DNA from: Eledone cirrhosa
Taxonomy: Eukaryota
Direction of reading: 5' to 3'
NCBI GenBank assembly: GCA_964016885.1
Contig: OZ024742.1
Span: 16,616,001-16,680,000, forward strand
DNA: 64,000 nucleotides
A program made the position numbers and the translations under genes. This document shows, one piece after another, positions 10,709 to 25,100 of the stretch. Position 1 is the stretch's first letter. Every line of letters starts with the position of its first letter. The notes below the pieces were generated by a model. It did not search any database and had not been told where the DNA came from. It saw nothing but the letters and a program-made list of their open reading frames with translations.

Positions 10709-13700
10709 CTTTATAACTCCCTACATATATAGTTGAGCTCTTTTTCTTGTCCATTATCCATATCACAATGGAAAAACAATACTTGGGAACTTCTTTAAAG
10801 AATATACCAATACCTTCTAAGGATGAATTCTTACTTCTTATGATACAAAAAAACCAACCAATTCATCAAAAGGATCAGATGGAGGGCCTACCACTTCGAT
10901 AAAAAAACAAAATGTACTGATAAGATATATTTATATGATTTCACTACATATAAAAACCCACCACACAACTCCTTACTTTAAAACTTTGAGAAATACCTTT
11001 TTAACCTAATCAAACACCTCAAATTTAAAAAGTATAAATCTAATTTTCAAAAGGATCTTGATTCTACCCTATTGGATCTAAAAAAATCTAACAAAATCTA
11101 TGTCCACTCTGACAAAACTGGAAATCTGTATCACATGGATATTGATAATTACAATGAGTTCTTATATAAAGAACTCAGGAAAAATTATAAAAAAACAAAC
11201 AATGCGGCACTTACCAACATCAACAACAAAACACACAACATAGTAAATAGACTTAATATTGAAGATTGAACTGAACCTTTGGCACTGAAAAAACGACATT
11301 TTAACCTGAAAGATCACAAATCTAACTTTAACTCTAATCCTTCTATAAGGCTTATATGCCCTTCCAAATCTGATAATGGCATCATTAGTAAAATATTTTT
11401 AGATAGAGTCATCCCACAATTAAGAAAACATGTTAATTTACTACTCTGGGAAAACACATCCCAGGTAATTAACTGGTTTACTAATATTAGAAATAAATCT
11501 TCTGCTTCATTTCTACAATTCGATATAGATAATTATTATTCCTCTATATCACCTATACTCCTGAACAAAGCCTTGATATTTGCCAAAAATAGATCAAACT
11601 TAACTATGGATCACATTAATATTATCACACATGCTAGACAAACACTACTGGAATTTCAAAAAGAATACTGGACCAGAAACACATATAGTAATCTATTCGA
11701 CATTACTATGGGCTCAAGTGATTCTGCCCAAATTACCGATCTTGTGGGCCTCTTTCTTCTATTTAACATGAATGCTTCTTTTCCCCACCTTAAAGGTGGT
11801 TTATATCGTGACGACTGTCTTCTTTCCAATAACCTTAACCTATCGGAAATTGAAAAAAATAAAAAACTTATTAGAACTTTCCTCAAAGACTGTTATAGTC
11901 TAGATATTACATTTGAAAACACAAGTAAAGTAGTTAATTTCCTTGATATAACATTAGACTTATCTACGGGTATCTACCAACCTTACCATAAACCTAACCA
12001 AAACTTACATTACATACACTCACAATCTAATCACCCTAAATCTATCCTTAAAAACCTAGTATATAATATCTCACTCAGAATTTCTAACCTTTCGTCTAAC
12101 CAGGATGTATTTGATAAAAATGTGACTTTTTATAACGAAGCTTTAGTTAGAAGTGGCCACAAAAACAAATTAGTATATATACCTTGTACCAATAACACTA
12201 CAAACATACAACCCAATATCACCAACAAACACCAAATGAAATATACACACCTAAATGCCACTCACACTATACCCAAAAATACCAACATAAAACTTAATTT
12301 CTCTAACTCTTCTAATATACAATATAGTAACTTTCAAAAAATTATTCATCCTAAGACTCCAATATATGTTAATAATAAAATTCCTAATAAACACCTAAAT
12401 CAATGAATCTAACTAAAAATATGTGTGATGAAATCATTAACAATAATTCTCTTAATAAACATCAGGATACATCCTATAAAAATAATAAACAACATCGAAA
12501 CCGTAATAGACGAGTTACTTGGTATAATGCTCCATTTAATCTACAAATTAAAGATAATATACCTAAACAATTTTTTACTATCCTAGAGAAAAACTTCCCG
12601 CCAAACCACAAATACCATCACATTTTAAATAGATCAACGATTAAATTCTCCTACTCAACAACCAAAAATATACAACACAATATAAGTGCCTATAATGCAT
12701 ATAAAAGTGAAAAACCCATGAATATACCACCAATACATCAAACTAACCATAATACTAAAATAAACCACAGCAAACCACCATCTCATTCACATACAACAAG
12801 TCGTAAAAATTCCACACCTAATTTGACTATCTCCTCAGATACAGCATTCACGAAAGGTTGTAACTGTAGAAACAAAGCAAATTGCCCATTAAAAGGAAAT
12901 TGCCTTATTAATAACATAGTATATAAATGTAAAGTTAACACTAAGGACTCAACTTATTCATATATAGGAGCTACTTCTAACCAATTTAAAGTAAGATTTA
13001 ATACCCACAAACACAGTTTTAAAAATGCCGCATTAGCTAATACAACATCTTTAGCTGAAATAATTAATAATTATAGAAAGAGGAATATAGATTATAACCT
13101 GACCTGGAGTGTGCTCAAAAGGGCCACCCCTTATCAAAATAATAGATATGAATGTAGATTATGTTCCCAGGAACTTTTTGAAATAATGAAATCTAAGGAT
13201 ATCCTATTAAATAAACGACAGGAATTAATTATATCATGTAATCATAAACTGAGAAGAACTTTTAAATATTATAAACCTAATTAATATCACTTTAGAAATT
13301 ATTATAATAACACTTTTTTTAAATTAGTTAACCTATAATTAATATTCTACTACTGATGAACTGCATAATTTTATTTCCCTTTTACAGCTATCTTTTCCTA
13401 AAATTTATACCAATAAGTATACATATAAACTATTTTAATTTCAGGTTATGATTCTATGTTCCTTATAATCTATATAAATTTGTTATTTCTCACTAATAAA
13501 TTTACCCCCCCCCCCTCCCCATAATTATTATTATTATTTTTTTTTTTATTTTCCCTTCGTTTTTAACAATACTCTTCAATTACATCTAACTCTCATTTAT
13601 CATATCTATATGAATTAATATAAATTTATCAATATAAATATACCTATCAATTTAATTAATTTATTTTCTTTTTATAGATGTAAATTCCCTATATTTTGAA

Positions 13701-14213
13701 TAAGATTGATATTTTTCACTAACACATTTATCGTAAAATTTTATTCACCTTAGATATTTAGATTAGCATTATTCTTTTATAACATCAATTCTTCGTGTAC
13801 CTTTTACCGACTTGACCTATTTTCATCCCTAAAATAATCTTTTCATTCATCATACTCTTTCCATTCAAAACTGAAATCTGCCTTCCTCTACCCCTAAATT
13901 AAAGTTCTATTACTACTATTCTACCATCTTGCCACTCACTACTTTTCTATTGGTCAATTCAAAACCTGTTCCCAAACAGACCTATTATATTAAATATTTG
14001 TTTTTTTTTTTCAATAAACAAATATCATTATTTCTGAAGACAGCATATATATGTGTAGGTATGTATATTCCCTCTGATAGTTTGTACAAATTTTACATAG
14101 ATCTATATGATATACATACCAACACAAACATATATATCCTAGAAACGATCGTAAAATGATGAATTTTTTAATATAAGGAACTGTTTCTTTGTTTTTATTC
14201 ATTATTTTTATTA

Positions 14214-14218
<5 letters not shown>
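10708..14218 (+). mobile_element. Near full-length Penelope-like retroelement (RT + C-terminal GIY-YIG; probably Hydra clade)
   Basis: Disrupted single ORF 10768-13284, a ~930-bp AT-rich 3' UTR, and (TA)n on both sides. The clade call comes from remembered motifs (LKDHK, CxCx5C linker), not from a search. Confidence 0.88.
10768..13284 (+). pseudogene. PLE reverse transcriptase-endonuclease ORF with 2 frameshifts and 1 premature stop
   Basis: ATG at 10768 (MEKQYLGTSLKNIPIPS), frameshift in the A-run at ~10847-10853, TGA at 11267-11269. RT motifs QFDIDNYYSSI, ITMGSSDSAQ, LYRDD, NFLDITL and IHSQSNHP. Frameshift at ~12400, then CNCRNKANCPLKGNC, IVY...YIG, RFNTH, CRLC...E and LLNKR. Confidence 0.92.
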
Positions 14219-14244
<26 letters not shown>

Positions 14245-14329
14245 AGTTAAAACAAAAAACAAAAACAATAACGAAGAGTGCAGTACAGACAGTGTTAATA
14301 TTAGTTTCACGCTTGAGAGTGTGGGGTGG

Positions 14330-14489
14330 ATATATATATATATATATATATATACATCTATATATATATATACATCTATATTTGTGTGTGTATATGTGTG
14401 TGTATATGTGTGTAGGACATTTATATATATACATACATATATACATGTATATGTCTGTATCTCTCTCTATATATATATATATATACACA

Positions 14490-14561
<72 letters not shown>
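14330..14561. repeat. Compound (TA)n/(TG)n/(CA)n microsatellite
   Basis: Read directly. Confidence 0.9.
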
Positions 14562-14564
<3 letters not shown>

Positions 14565-14604
14565 GATATTAAATAAATGGAAATTATATTTATAAAACCA
14601 TATC

Positions 14605-14670
14605 TATTTCATTATATATATTTCAGGGATATCATATTAAAAATATGTTATGCCTTCTTCAGACAAAATA
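14605..14670 (-). ncRNA. Mirror copy of the minimal hammerhead ribozyme
   Basis: Exact reverse complement of 14801-14866. Confidence 0.75.
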
Positions 14671-14800
14671 CAATATAGACAGTCTTATAAATATATAGAT
14701 TCGACATACCTTTCAATATCGACTTGCAATTGCATTTTCAAATGCAAGTCGATGTTGAAAGGTATGTCGAATCTATATATTTATAAGACTGTCTATATTG

Positions 14801-14866
14801 TATTTTGTCTGAAGAAGGCATAACATATTTTTAATATGATATCCCTGAAATATATATAATGAAATA
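14801..14866 (+). ncRNA. Minimal type I hammerhead ribozyme
   Basis: Stem I TATTTTGT/ATGAAATA (8 bp, 2 G-U), core CTGAAGA at 14809-14815, stem II AGG...CCT with inner CATATT/AATATG, GAAA at 14847-14850, palindromic TATATA in place of stem III, then TA. Predicted cleavage after 14858. Confidence 0.75.
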
Positions 14867-14990
14867 GATATGGTTTTATAAATATAATTTCCATTTATTT
14901 AATATCGTAAATATACTCCAAATACTTGTTGAGTGCTTTTATATCAGTTATAAATATTTACTCGTAACCCAACAATTTAAATATAACTTT

Positions 14991-15095
<105 letters not shown>

Positions 15096-15779
15096 TATGT
15101 GTGTGTGTAGGACATATGTAAGTAGGTGTGTAAGTTCGTTTAGAGAACGATTAGACTGGTTGAATGTCTACTTGTTTTATTGTTTCGTTGGTTGAGTTTT
15201 TCGCAGCTGAAGAAACATCTCGAATATCTGAAGAAATCTTCCGATAGTTTAAGTTGATCCGATTCTCTGATCAATTATTTACTGAGCGGTAGCTTACCTC
15301 TCCTCTCGCTTTTCTAGTAACGAAAGTATTTCAACAATGTTCTCTCTGTTATAATATTTCTACCATGAATATGGTAGTGATGGTATACGTGTTGAGGGGA
15401 AAGACCACGGTGGAGGTAAACAGTGGTATTTAGCGTATATTGATTTGATTGAAGTTGAAACTACTGCAAAGTAAGGCACGTCAGCCTGTAAACATATAAT
15501 AATGTTTACATTTGTTGTTTAGCTATGTTTCTTTTATAATTCTTTCTTATAAACTATTTCTCTCTCTCTCACTCTCTCTTTCTCTCTCTCTCTAAATATA
15601 TATATGTATGTATATTCACAGGCAAACACACACATACACACAAACACATACACATATGATATCTATCTATCATTACATTTGTAATAGTATTTTACACGTT
15701 TTTATTGTATTTAAACTTCCCCCTTTGTATTTGTCCCCTTCTTTTGTGCCCCTGTGGCTAATAAAGAAATCTATCTATC

Positions 15780-16644
15780 TATATATGTAATATTTTTTAT
15801 ATATATATATGTACTATATATGTAATATTTTTTATATACATATATGTACTATATATATATGTAATATTTTATATATATATATATGTACTATATATATACG
15901 TAATATTTTATATATATATGTGTACTATATATGAAACTATATATATATATGTACTATATATATATGTAATATGTTTTATATACATATATGTACTATATAC
16001 GTAATATTTTTTGTATTATATACGTAATATTTTTTATATACATATATGTACTATATATATATGCAATATTTTTATATACATATATGTACAATATATATAT
16101 TAAAGATTTTATATACATATATGTATTATTATATATATATGTAATATTTTTTATATACATATATATATGTACTATATATATATGTAATATTTTTTATATA
16201 CATATATGTACTATATATATATGTAATATTTTTATATACATATATGTACTATATATACGTAATATTTTTTATATACATATATGTACTATATATATGTAAT
16301 ATTTTTTATATACATATATGTACTATATATATATGTAATATTTTTTATATACATATATGTACTATTTATATATGTAATATTTTTATATACATATATGTAC
16401 TATATATATATGTAATATTTTTATATACATATATGTGCTATATATATATGTAATATTTTTTATATACATATATGTACTATATATATATGTAATATTTTTA
16501 TATACATATATGTACTATATATATACGTAATATTTTTTATATACATATATGTGCTATATATATATGTAATATTTTTTATCTACATATATGTAATATATAT
16601 ATATGTAATATTTTTATATACATATATGTACTATATATATATAT
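15780..16644. repeat. AT-rich minisatellite with a ~36-40-bp unit (ATATGTACTATATATATATGTAATATTTTTTATATAC)
   Basis: More than 20 copies with variable TA and T run lengths; a partial unit resumes at ~17231-17260. Confidence 0.9.
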
Positions 16645-17227
16645 GTTTCTTTTATTTGCCACCAGGGCATCAAAAGTGGGACAAGTACAATGGGGGGAGT
16701 TTACAAAACAAGGCGTCCTCAATAAGGAGGAGGCAATAACAATATATAAAAATAAAATAAAATATAACAAAAATAAAATTTATAACAAAGTCCTCAATAG
16801 AGAGGAGGCGCCTTGGGGGGCCGCACACACCCCCGAAAAAGGTGTGCAACCCTTCTCCTCAGGAGCACATAGAAGGGGTGCTCCCTTGGTCTTTCATCTT
16901 CCTCACCTATAGTCTGATGTAGAGTGAAGGCCCATTCACACGGGCCATTCTCGCCACTTTCACCCATCTTTCATAGAAACGGCTGGGGTGCAGCACCTCT
17001 CTCTCCATCCTGATCCTTCTTCCGAAATGATATCGGAAGAAACGGACCAGTTGTTGGCCAGAGAGAAAGGTGTCTGACCTCAGTCCTTTCAGACGCGTCC
17101 ACCATACAACCTCTTTCGCCATGGCTATTACGCACAGAAACACCGCCTCTCCTTCGGTTTTGAAGAGGGGAGGCGGCTTGATCGTTACAATAGACTCGGT
17201 GGTCAACCGGATCGGTCCCACCCTTGG
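16645..17227 (-). mobile_element. 5'-truncated non-LTR retrotransposon 3' end (L1/Tx1-like ORF2 C-terminus plus 3' UTR)
   Basis: GC-richer island. Minus ORF 16907-17221 has AKEVVWWTR...F..RW, resembling the L1/Tx1 ORF2 C-terminal KxxIWxxR...FxxxW pattern. The 3' UTR ends AATAAAAGAAAC followed by (AT)n. Confidence 0.65.
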
Positions 17228-17249
17228 TAATATAGGTAATATTTTTTAT

Positions 17250-17477
<228 letters not shown>

Positions 17478-17599
17478 AGTATATGCTTTAAACAGATACT
17501 TCAATTTATGTGAAGTAAACTCTAAGGAAGTCTAATTCTCCCGAGTTAAAATAGAAAACATTAAATGACGGATAGAGGATTATTGTAGGGTGTAACTAC

Positions 17600-19045
17600 A
17601 TGTGTGTGGCGTGTGATGTGTGTGGTGTGTGATGTGTGTGGCGTGTGATGTGTGTGGTGTGTGATGTGTGTGGCGTGTGATGTGTGTGGTGTGTGATGTG
17701 TGTGATGTGTGTGGTGTGTGATGTGTGTGGTGTGTGATGTGTGTGGTGTGTGATGTGTGTGGTGTGTGATGTGTGTGGTGTGTGTGGTGTGTGATGTGTG
17801 TGTATGATGTGTGATGTGTGTGGTGTGTGTGTGGTGTGTGATGTGTGTATGGTGTGTGGTGTGTGTGTGTGGTGTGATGTGTGTGGGGTGTGTGATGTGT
17901 GTGTGGTGTGTGGTGTGTGTGTGGTGTGTGATGTGTGTGTATGGTGTGTGATGTGTGTGTGTGGTGTGTGATGTGTGTATGGTGTGTGATGTGTGTGTGG
18001 TGTGTGATGTGTGTATGGTGTGTGATATGTGTGTGTATGGTGTGTGATGTGTGTGTATGGTGTGTGTGTGGTGTGTGATGTGTGTGAATGGTGTGTGATG
18101 TATGTATGTGGTGTGTGATGGGTGTGTGTGGTGTGTGATGTGTGTGTATGATGTGTGATGTGTGTGGTGTGTGTGTGGTGTGTGATGTGTGTATGGTGTG
18201 TGATGTCTGTGTGTGTGGTGTGATGTGTGTGTGGTGTGTGATGTGTGTGTGTGTGGTGTGTGATGTGTGTGTATGGTGTGTGATGTGTGTGTGTATTGTG
18301 TGGTGTGTGTGTGGTGTGTGATGTGTGATGTGTGTGTGTGTGGTGTGTGATTTGTGTGTGGTGTGTGATGTGTGTGTGGTGTGTGATGTGTGTATGGTGT
18401 TTGATTTGTGTTTATGTGGTGTGTGATGTGTGTGTGGTGTGTGATGTGTGTGTGTGGTGTGTGATGTGTGTGTATGGTGTGTGATGTGTCTGTGTATTGT
18501 GTGATGTGTGTGTGGTGTGTGATGTGTGTGTATGGTGTGTGATGTGTGTGTGTATTGTGTGTGATATGTATGAATGGTGTGTGATGTGTGTGTATGGTGT
18601 GTGATGTGTGTGTATGGTGTGTACTGTGTGTGTGTATGTGGTGTGATGTGTGTGTATGGTGTGTGATGTGTGAGTGTATGGTGTGTGATGTGTGTGTATG
18701 GAGTGTGTGTGGTGTGTGATGCGTGTGATGTATGTCTGTGGTGTGTGATGTGTGGTGTGTGATGTGTGTGTATGATGTGTGATGTGTGTGTGTATGGTGT
18801 GTGATGTGTGTGTATGGTGTGTGATTTGTGTGTATGGTGTGTGATGTGTGTGTGTGGTGTGTGATGTGTGTGTGTGTATGGTGTGTGTATGGCGTGTGAT
18901 GTGTGTTTTTATGGTGTGTGATGTGTGTCTATGATAAGTGATGTGTGTGTATGATGTGTGATGTGTGTGTATGGTATGTTTGTATGTGTGTGATGTGTGT
19001 ATCGCGTGTGTGTATGTGTGTGTATGTGTTTGTATGTGTGTGTAT
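17600..19045. repeat. Complex GT-rich array built from (GT)n interrupted by GAT, GGT and ATG
   Basis: ~1.45 kb. Starts with a regular 16-bp unit (GTGTGATGTGTGTG + GT/GC) and becomes irregular rightwards. Confidence 0.92.
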
Positions 19046-19131
19046 GGGAGAATATGTAGAGACTTTGAGGATTGTCCTGTAAATCACGATCACATGATAA
19101 TATTTATACTGGATCTTCTTTTGTGTTTGCT

Positions 19132-22100
19132 CTGTCACCATCCCCAATGTCTCTCCTCCTGTCACCATCCCCAATGTCTCTCCTCTTGTCACCATCCCCA
19201 ATGTCTCTCCTCCTGTCACCATCCCCAATGTCTCTCTTCCTGTCACCATCCCCAATATCTCTCCTCCTGTCACCATCCCCAATATCTCTCCTCCTGTCAC
19301 CATCCCCAATATCTCTCCTGCTGTCACCATCCCCAATATCTCTCCTCCTGTCACCATCCCCAATGTCTCTCCTCCTGTCACCATCCCCAATGTCTCTCCT
19401 CCTGTCACCATCCCCAATGTCTCTCCTCCTGTCACCATCCCCAATATCTCTCCTCCTGTCAACATCCCCAATATCTCTCCTCCTGTCACCATCTCCATTG
19501 TCTCTCCTCTTGTCACCATCCCCAATATCTCTCCTCCTGTCACCATCCCCAATATCTCTCCTCCTGTCGCCATCCCTAATGTCTCTCCTCCTGTCACCAT
19601 CCCCAATGTCTCTCCTCTTGTCACCATCCCCAATGCCTCTCCACCTGTCACCATCCCCAATGTCTCTCCTCCTGTCACCATCCCCAATATCTCTACTCCT
19701 ATCACCATCCCCAATGTCTCTCCTCCTGTCACCATCCCCAATATCTCTCCTCCTGTCACCATCCCCAATGTCTCTCCTCCTGTCACCATCCCCAATATCT
19801 CTCCTCCTGTCACCATCCCCAATATCTCTCCTCCTGTCATCATCCCCAATTTCTCTCCTCCTGTCATCATCCCCAATTTCTCTCCCCCTGTCACCATCCC
19901 CAATATCTCTCCTGTCACCATCCCCAATGTCTCTCCTCCTGTCACCATCCCCAATATCTCTCCTCCTGTCCCCATCCCAAATGTCTCTCCTCCTGTCACC
20001 ATCCCCAATGTCTCTCCTCTTGTCAACATCCCCAATGTCTCTCCTCCTGTCACCATCCCCAATGTCTCTCTTCCTGTCACCATCCCCAATGTCTCTCTTC
20101 CTGTCACCATCCCTAATGTCTCTCCTCCTGTCACCATTCCCAATATCTCTCCTCCTGTCACCCTCCTCAATGTCTCTCCTCCTGTCACCATCCCCAATGT
20201 CTCTCCTCCTGTCACCATCCCAACTATCTCTCTCCTCCTGTCACCATCCCCAATGTCTCTCCACCTGTCACCATCCCCAATGTCTCTCCTCCTGTCACCA
20301 TCCCCAATATCTCTCCTCGTGTCACCATCCCCAATATCTCTCCTCCTGTCACCATCCCCAATGTCTCTCCTCCGGTCACCATCCCCAATATCTCTCCTCC
20401 TGTCACCATCCCCAATGTCTCTCCTCTTGTCACCATCCACAATGTCTCTCCTCCTGCCACCATCCCCAATGTCTCTCCTCTTGTCACCATCCCCAATATC
20501 TCTCCTCCTGTCACCATCCACAATGTCTCTCCTCCTGTCACCATCCCCAATGTCTCTCCTCCTGTCACCATCCCCAATGTCTCTCCTCCTGTCACCATCC
20601 CCAATATCTCTCCTGGTGTCACCATCCCCAATGTCTCTCCTCCTGTCACCCTCCCCAATATCTCTCCTCCTGTCACCATCCCCAATGTCTCTCCTCCTGT
20701 CACCATCCCCAATATCTCTCCTCCTATCACCATCCCCAATGTCTCTCCTCCTGTCACCATCCCCAATATCTCTCCTCCTGTCACCATCCCCAATGTCTCT
20801 CCTCTTGTCACCATCCCCAATATCTCTCCTCCTGTCACCATCCCCAATGTCTCTCCTCCTGTCACCATCCCCACTATCTCTCTCCTCCTGTCACCATCCC
20901 CAATGTCTCTCCACCTGTCACCATCCCCAATGTCTCTCCTCCTGTCACCATCCCCAATATCTCTCCTCGTGTCACCATCCCCAATATCTCTCCTCCTGTC
21001 ACCATCCCCAATGTCTCTCCTCCGGTCACCATCCCCAATATCTCTCCTCCTGTCACCATCCCCAATGTCTCTCCTCTTGTCACCATCCCCAATGTCTCTC
21101 CTCCTGTCACCATCCCCAATATCTCTCCTGGTGTCACCATCCCCAATGTCTCTCCTCCTGTCACCCTCCCCAATATCTCTCCTCCTGTCACCATCCCCAA
21201 TGTCTCTCCTCCTGTCACCATCCCCAATATCTCTCCTCCTGTCACCATCACCAATGTCTCTCCTACTGTCACCATCCCCAATGTCTCTCCTCCTGTCACC
21301 ATCCCCAATGTCTCTCCTCTTGTTACCATCCACGATGTCTCTCCTCCTGTCACCATCCCCAATATCTCTCCTCCTGTCACCATCCCCAATGTCTCTCCTC
21401 CTGTCACCATCCCCAATGTCTCTCCTCCTTTCACCATCCCCAATGTCTCTCCTCCTGTCACCATACCCAATATCTCACCTTCTGTCACCATCCCCAATGT
21501 GTCTCCGCCTGTCACCATCCCCAATGTCTCTCCACCTGTCACCATCCCCAATGTCTCTAATCCTGTCACCATCCCCAATGTCTCTCCTCCTGTCACCATC
21601 CCCAATATCTCTCCTCCTGTCACCATCCCCAATTTCTCCGCTCCTGTCACCATCCCCAATATCTCTCCTCCTGTCACCATCCCCAATCTCTCTCCTCCAG
21701 TCACCATCCCCAATGTCTCCCCTCCTGTCACCATCCCCAATGTCTCTCCTGCTGTCACCATCCCCAATCTCACTCCACCTGTCACCATCCCCAATGTCTC
21801 GCGTCCTGTCACCATCCCCAATGTCTCTCCTCCTGTCACCATCCCCAATGTCTCTCCTACTGTCACCATCCCCAATATCACTCCTCCTGTCACCATCCAC
21901 AATATCTCCTCCTGTCCCCATCCCAAATGTCTCTCCACCTGTCACCATCCCCAATGTCTCTCCTTCTGTCACCATCCCCAATGTCTCGTCTCCTGTCACC
22001 ATCCCGAATGTCTCTCCACCTCTCACCATCCCCAATATCTCTCCTCCTGTCACCATCCCCAATATCTCTCCTCCTGTCACCATCCCCAATGTCTCTCATC

Positions 22101-25100
22101 CTGTCACCATCCCCAATATCTCTCCTCCTGTCACCATCCCCAATGTCTCTCCTCCTGTCACCATCCCCAATATCTCTCCTCCTGTCACCATCCCCAATGT
22201 CTCTCCTCCTGTCACCATCCCCAATATCTCTCCTCCTGTCACCATCCTCAATCTCTCTCCTCCTGTCACCATCCCCAATCTCTCTCCTCCTGTCACCATC
22301 CCAAATCTCTCTCCACCTGTCACCATCCCCAATGTCTCTCCTCCTGTCACCATCCGCAATATCTCTCTTCCTGTCACCATCCCCAATATATCTCCTCCTG
22401 TCGCCATCCCTAATGTCTCTCCTCCTGTCACCATCCCCAATGTCTCTCCTCCTCTCACCATCCCCAATGTCTCTCCACCTGTCACCATCCCCAAATGTCT
22501 GTCCTCTTGTCACCATCCCCAATATCTCTCCTCCTGTCACCATCCCCAATATCTCTCCTCCTGTCACAATGCCTAATGTCTCTGCTCATGTCACCATCCC
22601 CAATGTCTCTCCTCCTGTCACCATCCCCAATGTCTCTCCTCCTGTCACCATCCCCAATGTCTCTCCTCTTGTTACCATCCACGATGTCTCTCCTCCTGTC
22701 ACCATCCCCAATATCTCTCCTCCTGTCACCATCCCCAATGTCTCTCCTCCTGTCACCATCCCCAATGTCTCTCCTCCTTTCACCATCCCCAATATCTCTC
22801 CGCCTGTCACCATCCCCAATGTCTCTCCTCCTGTCACCAACCCCAATATCTCTCCTCCTGTCACCATCCCCAATTTCTCTCCTCCTGTCACCATCCCCAA
22901 TATCTCTCCTCCTGTCCCCATCCCCAATGTCTTTCCGCCTGTCACCATCCCCAATGTCTCTCCTCCTGTCACCATCCCCAATATCTCTCCTCCTGTCACC
23001 ATCCCCAATGTCTCTCCTCCTGTCACCATCCCCAATATCTCTCCTCCTTTCACCATCCCCAATATCTCTCCTCCTGTCACCATCCCCAATACCTCTCCTC
23101 CTGTCACAATCACCAATGTCTCTCTTCCTGTCACCATCCCCAATATCTCTCCTCCTGTCACCATCCCCAATGTCTCTCCTCCTGTCACCATCCCCAATGT
23201 CTCTCCTCCTGTCACCATCGCCAATATCTCTCCTCCTGTCCCCATCCCCAATGTCTCTCCTCCTGTCACCATCCCCAATATCTCTCCACCTGTCACCATC
23301 CCCAATATCTCTCCTCCTGTCACCATCACCAATGTCTCTCCTCCTGTCACCATCCCCAATGTCTCTCCTCCTGTCACCATCCCCAATATCTCTCCTCCTG
23401 TCACCATCCCCAATGTCTCTCCTCCTGTCACCATCCTCAATCTCTCTCCTCCTGTCACCATCCCCAATCTCTCTCCTCCTGTCACCATCCCAAATCTCTC
23501 TCCACCTGTCACCATCCCCAATGTCTCTCCTCCTGTCACCATCCGCAATATCTCTCTTCCTGTCACCATCCCCAATATATCTCCTCCTGTCGCCATCCCT
23601 AAATTCTCTCCTCCTGTCACCATCCCCAATGTCTCTCCTCCTCTCACCATCCCCAATGTCTCTCCACCTGTCACCATCCCCAAATGTCTGTCCTCTTGTC
23701 ACCATCCCCAATATCTCTCCTCCTGTCACCATCCCCAATATCTCTCCTCCTGTCACCATCCCCAATATCTCTCCTCCTGTCACAATCCCTAATGTCTCTG
23801 CTCATGTCACCATCCCCAATGTCTCTCCTCCTGTCACCATCCCCAATGTCTCTCCTCCTGTCACCATCCCCAATGTCTCTCCTCTTGTTACCATCCACGA
23901 TGTCTCTCCTCCTGTCACCATCCCTAATGTCTCTCCTCCTGTCACCATCCCCAATGTCTCTCCTCCTTTCACCATCCCCAATATCTCTCCGCCTGTCACC
24001 ATCCCCAATGTCTCTCCTCCTGTCACCATCCCCAATATCTCTCCTCCTGTCACCATCCCCAATATCTCTCCTCCTGTCACCATCCCCAATATCTCTCCTC
24101 CTGTCACCAACCCCAATATCTCTCCTCCTGTCACCATCCCCAATTTCTCTCCTCCTGTCACCATCCCCAATATCTCTCCTCCTGTCCCCATCCCCAATGT
24201 CTTTCCGCCTGTCACCATCCCCAATGTCTCTCCTCCTGTCACCATCCCCAATATCTCTCCTCCTGTCACCATCCCCAATGTCTCTCCTCCTTTCACCATC
24301 CGCAATATCTCTCCTCCTGTCACCATCCCCAATATCTCTCCTCCTGTCACCATCCCCAATGTCTCTCCTCCTTTCACCATCCGCAATATCTCTCCTCCTG
24401 TCACCATCCCCAATATCTCTCCTCCTTTCACCATCCGCAATATCTCTCTTCCTGTCACCATCCCCAATATCTCTCCTCCTGTCACCATCCCCAATATCTC
24501 TCTTCCTGTCACCATCCCCAATATCTCTCTTCCTGTCACCATCCCCAATATCTCTCCTCCTGTCACCATCCCCAATATATCTCCTCCTGTCACCATCCCC
24601 AATATCTCTCCTCCTGTCACAATCCCTAATGTCTCTCCTCCTGTCACCATCCCCAATGTCTCTCCTCCTGTCACAATCCCTAATGTCTCTCCTCCTGTCA
24701 CCATCCCCAATATATCTCCTCCTGTCACCATCCCCAATATCTCTCCTCCTGTCACAATCCCTAATGTCTCTCCTCCTGTCACCATCCCCAATATCTCTCC
24801 TCCTGTCACCAACCCCAATATCTCTCCTCCTGTCACCATCCCCAATGTCTCTCCTCCTGTCACCATCCCCAATGTCTCTCCTCCTGTCACCATCCCCAAT
24901 GTCTCTCCTCCTCTCACCATCCCCAATGTCTCTCCACCTGTCACCATCCCCAATGTCTCTCCTCTTGTCACCATCCCCAATATCTCTCCTCCTGTCACCA
25001 TCCCCAATATCTGTCCTCCTGTCACCATCCCCAATATCTCTCCTCCTGTCACAATCCCTAATGTCTCTGCTCATGTCACCATCCCCAATGTCTCTCCTCT

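Noticed and set aside
11267-11269. In-frame TGA in the PLE ORF as selenocysteine
   Set aside because: The context IED*TEPL is best explained by CGA-to-TGA decay. The copy also has frameshifts, no SECIS was recognised, and selenoprotein PLEs are described among N-terminal-endonuclease Naiads.
7933-14310. Repeated small ORFs (MYSNIFF..., MPLTTFLL...) seen three times
   Set aside because: They recur only because the PLE 3' UTR is triplicated; no recognisable domain.
15205-15250. Two CTGAAGA motifs as hammerhead cores
   Set aside because: No properly placed stem II plus GAAA follows either one.
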